NCBI GenBank assembly: GCA_028707495.1
Contig: JAQWAS010000006.1
Span: forward strand, 664-64,663
From: Patescibacteria group bacterium
GTDB taxonomy: Bacteria > Patescibacteriota > Patescibacteriia > UBA2591 > JAQWAS01
DNA: 64,000 nt
Direction of reading: 5' to 3'
Made by a program: the position numbers and the translations under genes. The notes below the pieces were generated by a model. That model was not told the origin of the DNA, searched no databases, and was given only the letters and a program-made list of their open reading frames with translations. Of the stretch, positions 57,000 through 64,000 are shown piece after piece (the first letter of the stretch is position 1; each line of letters opens with the position of its first letter).

Positions 57000-57842
57000 A
57001 TGGCGAAAAAAGATCAGGGAGGTTCATATGGAGGCGGTGGTATAGAATTTACATCGAAAAAAGAAGAGAGACCATCCACCAAACCTTATACACAGAGACC
57101 ACCAAATTCAAATCTTGGCATGAGTACGGCGTATAAGATATTATTAATGCCACTCATTTTATTGGTTGTGGCGTTGGTTGCCTTTGTGACTATTAAAAGT
57201 CCACAACACGATTTCTTTTCTTTTTTTAAGAAAGGAATTAATCAAGCACCGCCACCCGAAATAATCATGAAAATGAAACAATCGGCCGAATCAAATCAAC
57301 CGATTTCTCAAAATTCTATGGGTCGGCAAGAACAACCTCTTCAGAACACGAAGGCCACATCGCAACATGATACGGTTGATACCATTAGCGATTATCTCAG
57401 CGAAGAAGAACTTGCTAGATGGATTGCCAGTAACATTCCTAAAGAATTTCATTTTTTGGCTAAACACTTGGTTGAAAATGGGTACAACAAGCCAAAGGAA
57501 ATTTTAAAGGTCTTGATAGACGAAGGGTCTTTACAGGGGAGAGATATAGCAAGGTTGGTTGTCTTGTATGAAGGGTTGACTGATACTTCAGGAATTAAGT
57601 CCGTAGATAGTTTGATTTACGCATCTCAAAATGAAAATGAGAAAATAGAAATTGTTATCGATGAAATCGAGGATCCCGAGCTTCAGCCAACTGAGCAGAA
57701 TCAACAGAGCGGGTATGTAACCATATTAAAACCCCTCAATCAATCAAAGACGGTTAATTCAGATAATTCTGGGGCGATGAATTCTCGCAAATCGGGCCGA
57801 GTGACTATTCTTCAACCACTTGTTTCGTCCGAAACACAATAG
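57000..57842 (+). CDS. Hypothetical single-pass membrane protein (280 aa), GC-richer than surroundings
   Basis: RBS AAGGAGGAAAA + ATG; Gly-rich N-terminus, one TM helix (ILLMPLILLVVALVAFVTI), acidic C-terminal region; a hairpin plus T-tract follows. Confidence 0.55.
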   Translation: MAKKDQGGSYGGGGIEFTSKKEERPSTKPYTQRPPNSNLGMSTAYKILLMPLILLVVALVAFVTIKSPQHDFFSFFKKGINQAPPPEIIMKMKQSAESNQPISQNSMGRQEQPLQNTKATSQHDTVDTISDYLSEEELARWIASNIPKEFHFLAKHLVENGYNKPKEILKVLIDEGSLQGRDIARLVVLYEGLTDTSGIKSVDSLIYASQNENEKIEIVIDEIEDPELQPTEQNQQSGYVTILKPLNQSKTVNSDNSGAMNSRKSGRVTILQPLVSSETQ

Positions 57843-57885
57843 GGAGCTAAAAACGCCCCCTATTTTATTTTTTGTTTATTTTATT

Positions 57886-58287
57886 TTAACTCTGCCACAA
57901 GCCGTGTAAATTGCAATAAGTGCGAGCATTTATAACTTCACTTTTAGTGGTGAAATTAATCTCTGGTGCGTCTTGGAGTTGTAAATATTTGCGTCCAACG
58001 CGACCATCGGCAGTAATGATTTCAATCCATTCAATTTGATGTTCAGTGGTCATGGGATGAAGACTGGAGCCAATTTTAACTTTGACACCAGTTTGTTCTT
58101 CGCAAACTGTGGCGGGTAATTTTTCAGTTACTGGTACATGTTTTTCACCAAGTTCTGCATCTTGAGTTTGGGTTTGTAATAATTCCATAGGTTGGCCGCA
58201 ACAAACCAATTCACCTTGGCCGGTGTGAATGACTTCGGTCATATTCCCACAGATATTGCATTTATAAATTTGATTTAATTGAGTCAT
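57886..58287 (-). CDS. Superoxide reductase (desulfoferrodoxin-type)
   Basis: N-terminal desulforedoxin-like CNICGN...CCG plus a SOR domain (EKHVPV...HPMTTEHQIEWIE), 133 aa. Confidence 0.85.
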   Translation of the reverse strand: MTQLNQIYKCNICGNMTEVIHTGQGELVCCGQPMELLQTQTQDAELGEKHVPVTEKLPATVCEEQTGVKVKIGSSLHPMTTEHQIEWIEIITADGRVGRKYLQLQDAPEINFTTKSEVINARTYCNLHGLWQS

Positions 58288-58305
58288 CTTAATTTATTTA
58301 CTTTA

Positions 58306-58878
58306 TTAATACTCTTCGCATTTAATTTGATAATAGCTTTGAGGATGGTCACAAGATGGGCATTTAGTAGGAGGAGTTGTGCCAACATGCACATAACCGC
58401 ATTCACGACACGTCCAAGCAATTTCTTGGTCTTTTTTAAAGATAGTGCCATTTTCTAATTGAGCTAAAACTTTTTTAAAACGCTCTTCGTGGTGTTCTTC
58501 TGCCTTAGCAATAGCGCGTAGACGATTGGCAATTTCTGGATGGCCTTCCTTTTCAGCAATTTTAGCAAAATCAGGATACATTGAAGTGTGTTCGTGATTT
58601 TCACCAGCAATGGCCGATTTTAAATTTTCAATAGTTGTGCCATAAACATTAGGCGAAGTCGCTTCAACCATAATTTCATTTTGATCACTTTTTAATTTTT
58701 GAATGTGTTCAAAAATGCGTTTAGCATGCACACGTTCATTGTCTTCGGTTAAACTAAAAATTTCAGCAATTTGTTCATAGCCTTCTTTTTTAGCAACTTT
58801 GGCATAATAGTTATACCGATTACGCGCTTGGCATTCGCCAATAAAAGCTTGAGTTAGATTAATTAGAGTTTGTGACAT
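58306..58878 (-). CDS. rbr: Rubrerythrin
   Basis: Ferritin-like diiron E..H motifs plus a C-terminal rubredoxin-like CRECG...CPSC. Confidence 0.9.
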   Translation of the reverse strand: MSQTLINLTQAFIGECQARNRYNYYAKVAKKEGYEQIAEIFSLTEDNERVHAKRIFEHIQKLKSDQNEIMVEATSPNVYGTTIENLKSAIAGENHEHTSMYPDFAKIAEKEGHPEIANRLRAIAKAEEHHEERFKKVLAQLENGTIFKKDQEIAWTCRECGYVHVGTTPPTKCPSCDHPQSYYQIKCEEY

Positions 58879-58908
58879 AAGATTATTATGTTAATAATTA
58901 ATTAATAT

Positions 58909-59652
58909 TTAATGTGGTGCAATAAATTTAACACCATATAAAATTAAAATACCTAAAATCAAAATTAATAAATTCAAAATAGATTTACGGAGATTAGTTT
59001 CTTTTTTAATTTCTGGAATTAAATCACAGGCCGCGATGTAAATAAAACCACCACCAGCAATCGGCAGGAGTAAACTAACAAAGTTTTCAACTTGTTGAGC
59101 TAAAAAAAAGCCAACTAGACCACCCATAATAGCTGTTAAGGCAGTTATTAAATTATACATTAAAGCTTTTTTCTTGGTCAGGCCACCATAAATTAAAACT
59201 CCAAAATCGCCGATTTCTTGTGGAATTTCATGTAAAATAATAGCTAGGGTGGTAATTAGACCTAATTTAAAATCAACTATAAAACTCGTAGCAATAATTA
59301 AACCATCAATAAAATTATGGACAGCATCGCCAATGAGGTTCATATAAGTAAAAGTGTGGATAGTACATTTAATATTATGGCAATGTCGCCAGTGGAGAAT
59401 TTTTTCAATCAGAAAGAATAAAATAAAACCAAGCAAAACATAAATTAAAGATTTTTCGCAATTTAATAAATGTAGACTTTCGGGAATTAAATGTAAAAAA
59501 GCACCGCCCATTAAGGCACCAGCCGATAAGCCAATTAAGTAAAATAAAATTTTATCCAGTTTAGTGTCTGATAATTTTAAAAATAAAATACCCACCAAAG
59601 ACAGGAGGCTGACAATTAAGGTAGCTAAGATAATAATTAATAAGACGGGCAT
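58909..59652 (-). CDS. ZIP-family zinc/iron transporter
   Basis: 8-TM protein with HNFIDGL and HEIPQEIGDF metal-binding motifs. Confidence 0.85.
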   Translation of the reverse strand: MPVLLIIILATLIVSLLSLVGILFLKLSDTKLDKILFYLIGLSAGALMGGAFLHLIPESLHLLNCEKSLIYVLLGFILFFLIEKILHWRHCHNIKCTIHTFTYMNLIGDAVHNFIDGLIIATSFIVDFKLGLITTLAIILHEIPQEIGDFGVLIYGGLTKKKALMYNLITALTAIMGGLVGFFLAQQVENFVSLLLPIAGGGFIYIAACDLIPEIKKETNLRKSILNLLILILGILILYGVKFIAPH

Positions 59653-59660
59653 AGTTTTAT

Positions 59661-60935
59661 TTATTTTTTAAGGCCACAACTTTGACCGGCTAAATAACCA
59701 GTGCTCCAAGCGATTTGTAAATTATAACCACCAGTTGGTCCGTCCAAATCTAAAATTTCACCAGCTAGATAAAGATTATCAATAATTTTTGATTGCATGG
59801 TTTGCGGATTAATTTCTTTTAAATTTATACCGCCCGTCGTGATAATAGCCTTATCAAAGCCAGCTAGCGCTTGAATATTTAATTCAAATTCTTTTAAAAG
59901 TTTAATCAGTTTTTTTCTTTGTATTTTAGTAATAGAATTAACCGGTTGATCAGCTGGAATATCTGATAAATCAATTATAACTGGAATAAGTTTTTGAGGC
60001 AATAATTGATTTAAACTATTTTTAAATTGTTTGTTAAGCTGAGATTGAAAATCCCGTAAGATTCTTTTATCTAGGGTGGTGTAATCGATGGCCGGTTTAA
60101 AATCAATTTTAATTTTCAAATTTAATTTATTTAAAGGCAAATTATATTGGTTGGTATAATCAATAATTTTTTTACTTAAATTTAAAACAACCGGACCACT
60201 GAGACCTTCATGAGTAAAAAGTGCTTCGCCGAAAAGTTCGGTAATTTTGCGTTGGCGCCATAAACTAACATTTACATTTTTTAAACTTAAACCAGCTAAA
60301 TTTTTAACCCAAGTTTCCTGAATTAAAATTGGCGTGAGAGCGGGTTGCGGTTTAATAATGGTGTGGCCTAATTTTTTTAACCAGGTATAGGCTTCGCCGT
60401 TTGAACCAGTCTGGGGATAAGATTGACCACCAGTGGCTAAAATAAATTTATCAGCTTGAACTATTTGATTGTTATTTAAAATTATATGTTGAATTGTATT
60501 ATTTTTAATTATAATTTTTTTAACAACAGAATTGAGCTGAATTTTAACTCGCTGGTCAGCTAAAAATTTTTTTAAGCAATCAATAACATCTCGCGAAGCG
60601 TCTGAAGTCGGGAAGACTCTTTGACCGCGTTCAATTTTGGTTTTTAAACCTAATTGATTAAAAAAATTTATCAAATCATAATTCGAAAAATTATTTAAAG
60701 CTGAATACAAAAATTTACCATTTGATCCATAGTTGGCAATGAATTTTTTTAAATTTTTTTCAGCATTAGTTAAATTACACCGGCCTTTGCCGGTGATAGA
60801 TAATTTAATACCCAAGCGATCATTTTTTTCTAATAAAACAACTTGCGCGCCTAATTGCGCTGCGCGGCCAGCCGCCAACATGCCAGCTGGTCCACCGCCA
60901 ATCACGGCTAAATTGTAGTGAATAGGATTTGACAT
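59661..60935 (-). CDS. HI0933/BaiN-family FAD-dependent oxidoreductase
   Basis: N-terminal Rossmann VIGGGPAGMLAAGRAA and the family-typical GKGRCNLTN motif, 424 aa. Confidence 0.8.
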   Translation of the reverse strand: MSNPIHYNLAVIGGGPAGMLAAGRAAQLGAQVVLLEKNDRLGIKLSITGKGRCNLTNAEKNLKKFIANYGSNGKFLYSALNNFSNYDLINFFNQLGLKTKIERGQRVFPTSDASRDVIDCLKKFLADQRVKIQLNSVVKKIIIKNNTIQHIILNNNQIVQADKFILATGGQSYPQTGSNGEAYTWLKKLGHTIIKPQPALTPILIQETWVKNLAGLSLKNVNVSLWRQRKITELFGEALFTHEGLSGPVVLNLSKKIIDYTNQYNLPLNKLNLKIKIDFKPAIDYTTLDKRILRDFQSQLNKQFKNSLNQLLPQKLIPVIIDLSDIPADQPVNSITKIQRKKLIKLLKEFELNIQALAGFDKAIITTGGINLKEINPQTMQSKIIDNLYLAGEILDLDGPTGGYNLQIAWSTGYLAGQSCGLKK

Positions 60936-60941
60936 TTTAAA

Positions 60942-61319
60942 TTAACTAAAAAGTCGATCATCGTTTTCAACATATTGACTCATAATTTTATAAGCCTCGT
61001 ATAATTGTGGTTCAAGTTGTTTAACAATTCGGTTGAGAGTGCCTGGCGTATATTTATCTTCACGAAAAGCATAAGTCAAAACTTTAGTTAAAGCGCTTTC
61101 AAGGGTGGGGTTTTCTTGATGGAGTTTTTCTAATAAATCATTTTTAAAATCTTGACGATGAGGGTTATTTTCAATATCGATAAATAATAAATAAAAATTA
61201 TTATACATCGGCGGTTCCTTGCCTTCTGGAAATTGTTTATTTTCCGGCTGAGAAATAAATTCGTCGTATGTTAAGGGTGAATAATTTTCTTTTTCGAAAG
61301 AAGGTAATTTTTCTGACAT
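60942..61319 (-). CDS. Hypothetical 125 aa protein
   Basis: ORF only. Confidence 0.4.
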   Translation of the reverse strand: MSEKLPSFEKENYSPLTYDEFISQPENKQFPEGKEPPMYNNFYLLFIDIENNPHRQDFKNDLLEKLHQENPTLESALTKVLTYAFREDKYTPGTLNRIVKQLEPQLYEAYKIMSQYVENDDRLFS

Positions 61320-61323
61320 AAAA

Positions 61324-61866
61324 TTAATTATAATTTATAATTATAGGGAATTCCAAGGCATCATCGTTAGCCGGCAAACCTGATGGATTGTCTTTTTGTA
61401 AAATTAAGGCTCCACGATCGCTATAAGCTGGAGGTTGGTCAAATTCAAGTGTAGCCGTGAAGGGAACCATGTTTTGAGTCATCCAATCGGATTGAGCAGT
61501 CGCAATGCCCTGGCTGATAATTAAACCGTCCCAATTAACCAAAACAATTGGGAAACTGGCTTCAAAAAACCAAGTGCCAGGTGCTTGACCTTTAATAAAT
61601 AAAGGACTGTCGACCGTTTGGTTGGGAAGGGGGTAATCAAGTTGGATTAATTCGCCCTTTTCGCTTGGGTATTCGAGCTTTTCAGTAAAAATTTGTTCTT
61701 GCCAACGACATTGGCGAGGATAGCTTTCCATCACTGGATTGCCCAGCGCTACGCATTCTTCAAAGCTAGTTACCAGCTCAGGTGCTTTGGCTTGATTGAC
61801 TTGCCAGATAATAATAATGGCGCTGACAGACAAAATTAAAATAATAATTAAAAGTGTTTTTTTCAT
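61324..61866 (-). CDS. Secreted protein with a possible Gmad2/GerM-like Ig domain
   Basis: Signal peptide; GC-richer; weak resemblance only. Confidence 0.4.
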   Translation of the reverse strand: MKKTLLIIILILSVSAIIIIWQVNQAKAPELVTSFEECVALGNPVMESYPRQCRWQEQIFTEKLEYPSEKGELIQLDYPLPNQTVDSPLFIKGQAPGTWFFEASFPIVLVNWDGLIISQGIATAQSDWMTQNMVPFTATLEFDQPPAYSDRGALILQKDNPSGLPANDDALEFPIIINYN

Positions 61867-62288
61867 AGGATTAAATTAATAAAATTTTTTTAAATGAAAT
61901 ATGTATTTTTGAAAATTCAAAATAAAAAATGATTACGCAATGAGTTTAATTTTTTTTCTCAATCATCAAGAGATAATCTCTGAATGTCGCCATGCAAGAC
62001 TTCACCAGCAATAAATTTTAAAAGTAAATAAGGGACTGCGCAATTTTGACATTTTGTTTGACCGCCAAAAGTACACCCGCCCTGAGTTTTCCAAAGTTGT
62101 AAACAAAATTCCAATTCTTTGAGATATTTTATTTTTTCTTGGGCTTGTTCTTTTTTCATTTTTTAATTTTTATAACATCAGGGATAAGAGAAGTTTTCGT
62201 AGTGGAGTGGAGGCAAATATGGGTGTAGGCTTTTGGATAAAAACCGTAACCAGATATGCCGTGTTAGCTGATGTATTCCTTTTCTTTT

Positions 62289-62312
62289 GTCCGCCCGGGG
62301 CGGACTTGTTTT
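62289..62312 (+). terminator. Plus-strand intrinsic terminator (gtccgcccggggcggac followed by TTGTTTT) with no plus-strand CDS upstream
   Basis: Perfect 7-bp GC stem followed by a T-tract; on the minus strand it is followed by A-rich sequence, so it is unidirectional. Confidence 0.55.
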
Positions 62313-62410
62313 AAAAAAATTTCAAATTTCTTTTTACGTTTTGGGCGAAGGGCAGAGGGGTTAGGGGTGCCTACCCGCCTCTGGAGGAAATGCCCAAAAA
62401 TCAAAACTCC

Positions 62411-63361
62411 TTATTTGTTTTTTCTTTGCCGTATCCTGTTCTTCAAGTACCTTTCAATCGCTTCTTTTGAAGTTAGCCAATTTCTGCCTTCTTTGTGTGC
62501 TTCTAACTTTCCTTGTCTGGCCAGCAAATTTAGATATTTTGCAGAAAAAGGTGTAGTTTTAGATATCTCAGTTAGTGAAACAAATTTTTCTTGTTTGGTG
62601 GTTGTGGGAGTTAAATTTTTTAGGTAAATATCAAGGGATCGCTCTATGGATTGAGCGATAAATTTTACTAGTGGTTCAAATCTACCACTATCCGCTTTAT
62701 CCAGTACATCGTAATATTTTTTGCGGTCATTTTTTAATATAATCACCAACGGATAACCAGATTGCATCAGCAATAAATTCATCGTTAGGCGGGCGGTTCT
62801 ACCGTTACCGTCAAAAAATGGATGAATATGGACTAATTTGTGGTGCAACAATGCAACCAGCTCAATAATGTTTGTCTTGCCTTTTTGTGAATTAAGCCAA
62901 TTAATTAAACCTCGCATTTTTTGTGGTACTTGCAAGGCGTCCGGAGGCGTGTGTTTGGCTCCACCAATAACCACATTAGAGTTTCTGTATTTTCCCGCCC
63001 ACTCTTTATCTGTTTTTTGGATAATAATTTGATGTAAATTTCGTATTAGTATTTCAGAAATGGTGTTCTTTTTGTTATTATCTATTAAGTCATACAAATA
63101 TTCCAGTGCGGTTTGGTGGTCTTTGGCTTCCAAGTGGTCTTTTAAAGGTTTTCCTTTTATGGTTATACCTTCATTAATAACCAAAAAAGTCTCTTTTAAA
63201 GTTAAAGAGTTGCCTTCAATCGCATTGGAGTTGTAGGTCATTTCTATCTGAAATTTCTCTCGCAGTTTTTGTACCGCTGATTTAGGCAATGGGCGAAGCT
63301 TGTTGAGTTTGATCAGCTTTTCTTCCAAGCGTTTTTTTATAATAGGAGATAAATAAGTCAT
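62411..63361 (-). CDS. Fic/Doc-family protein (AMPylation-type motif)
   Basis: HPFFDGNGRTARL is a canonical Fic motif, 316 aa. Confidence 0.85.
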   Translation of the reverse strand: MTYLSPIIKKRLEEKLIKLNKLRPLPKSAVQKLREKFQIEMTYNSNAIEGNSLTLKETFLVINEGITIKGKPLKDHLEAKDHQTALEYLYDLIDNNKKNTISEILIRNLHQIIIQKTDKEWAGKYRNSNVVIGGAKHTPPDALQVPQKMRGLINWLNSQKGKTNIIELVALLHHKLVHIHPFFDGNGRTARLTMNLLLMQSGYPLVIILKNDRKKYYDVLDKADSGRFEPLVKFIAQSIERSLDIYLKNLTPTTTKQEKFVSLTEISKTTPFSAKYLNLLARQGKLEAHKEGRNWLTSKEAIERYLKNRIRQRKNK

Positions 63362-63367
63362 AGAATA

Positions 63368-63410
63368 CTTAATATGGTTTAGTTAATTATTTACAGTATA
63401 CCATATTAAG
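63368..63410 (-). promoter_or_regulatory. 11-bp perfect palindrome (cttaatatggt...accatattaag) overlapping the TTGACC-16-TATACT promoter of the Fic gene
   Basis: Minus strand TTGACCaaattccttaatatggTATACT; the palindrome arms flank the -10 and the TSS, and the start codon lies 7 nt after the right arm. Confidence 0.5.
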
Positions 63411-63498
63411 GAATTTGGTCAAATATTTAATGTTTTTGGGCAGAGGGGTTAGGGGTGCCTGCCCGCCTTTGGAGGGAATGCCCCGAAGCCATTTCGTT

Positions 63499-64000
63499 TC
63501 AGATAATTTTATAGTGTGCGTTTCTGCCCAGTCCGATTCTTTCTATCTTTTTCAATCTAAGTAAAACATTCAGTGTTTGTTTTACTGTTGTTCTGATGAT
63601 TTTTGTATTATTCACGATATCACCCGTGCTCACTTCTTTTGCCTTTTCAATATATTGCCAAACAATTAGCTGTTTTTTGGACAGAATTTTTTCTATGTTT
63701 TCTTTTGATAGAAGTTCCACCGCCATTTGAGATTGCTTCAAAATAATATCTAAAAAGAAATCCAGCCAGTCAGCGATGTTCTCGTTATCTGTCCCAATAG
63801 TTTTTTGGCTGCGTCGCAAAGAGATATAATAATCTGGCTTATTGTCTTCCACCAATTTTTCATGAGAGACATAAGGAGCATACAAATATCCTGCTTTGAG
63901 TAAAAGTAGATTGGTTAGTACGCGAGATAGCCGTCCATTTCCGTCGCTAAAAGGATGAATTTTTAAAAATTCAACCAAAAAGTTGCCGATCACGAGTAAT
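63499..64000 (-). CDS. Second Fic/Doc-family protein, N-terminal part beyond the window edge
   Basis: HPFSDGNGRLSR Fic motif; the ORF is open to the right edge. Confidence 0.8.
   Translation of the reverse strand, partial: LLVIGNFLVEFLKIHPFSDGNGRLSRVLTNLLLLKAGYLYAPYVSHEKLVEDNKPDYYISLRRSQKTIGTDNENIADWLDFFLDIILKQSQMAVELLSKENIEKILSKKQLIVWQYIEKAKEVSTGDIVNNTKIIRTTVKQTLNVLLRLKKIERIGLGRNAHYKII

Noticed and set aside
62271-62627. Plus-strand 118 aa ORF
   Set aside because: It spans an intrinsic terminator, the GC-rich 3' element and the antisense of the Fic gene 3' end, so it is not a plausible CDS.
62411-64000. Fic genes as part of a classical toxin–antitoxin pair
   Set aside because: No small antitoxin ORF (Phd/YhfG-like) is visible upstream of either Fic gene within the window. 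The second gene's upstream region lies outside the window, so this is unresolved rather than excluded.

Overview
This 64 kb window is AT-rich (roughly 30% GC), gene-dense and built of short genes, which points to an ultra-small bacterium, probably Candidate Phyla Radiation / Patescibacteria; that assignment is inferred. Most genes are housekeeping. On the minus strand at the left end are rny, clpP, rbfA and infB, then an Fe-S and redox cluster with nifU, nifS, trxA and a DsbD-like protein. Further along are an SPFH protein, yebC, ruvC, an smc–rnc–nusB–rpmF block, a putative oriC next to dnaA, a PilB/GspE ATPase, ruvB, queA, a 5'-3' exonuclease, holA, rpsT, ruvA, a FemAB-like protein, a superoxide reductase–rubrerythrin–ZIP transporter–flavoprotein block, and two Fic genes at the right edge. 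Seven tRNA genes are present (Ile-UAU, Phe, Pro, Gly, Ser, Cys and Arg-CCG). Accessory content is an exopolysaccharide and glycosylation cluster (flippase, O-antigen-ligase-like protein, GT2, two GT-C-like membrane glycosyltransferases, galU, an orphan solute-binding protein), four tandem VirB2/TrbC-like pilin genes, and archaeal-type sugar-phosphate genes (two tandem HPS paralogues and a cupin-type PGI). Five things are not explained by ordinary annotation. First, a nearly invariant strong promoter (TTGACAAGAAATTTAAT.TATGCTAAGAT) occurs six times, each driving an unlinked, GC-richer hypothetical gene with a consensus ribosome-binding site and a strong terminator; four of the products are exported or membrane-bound. 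Second, a dispersed family of hairpin-rich intergenic repeats resembling miniature inverted-repeat transposable elements (MITEs; core TGTCATkCTGAA…TTCAGmATGACA) sits at five loci, two of them directly flanking those promoter-driven genes. Third, a tandem array of 44 bp repeats grows out of the 3' end of tRNA-Phe, next to a GIY-YIG nuclease gene and a small tRNA-bounded islet encoding an HExxH protein and a CYTH protein. Fourth, tRNA-Ile carries a UAU anticodon. Fifth, one protein fuses an ATP-cone to a PD-(D/E)XK nuclease, the two Fic genes have a palindromic operator and a conserved GC-rich 3' element, and the SMC is short and apparently hinge-less. All coordinates and assignments were read by eye from the sequence and the ORF track.
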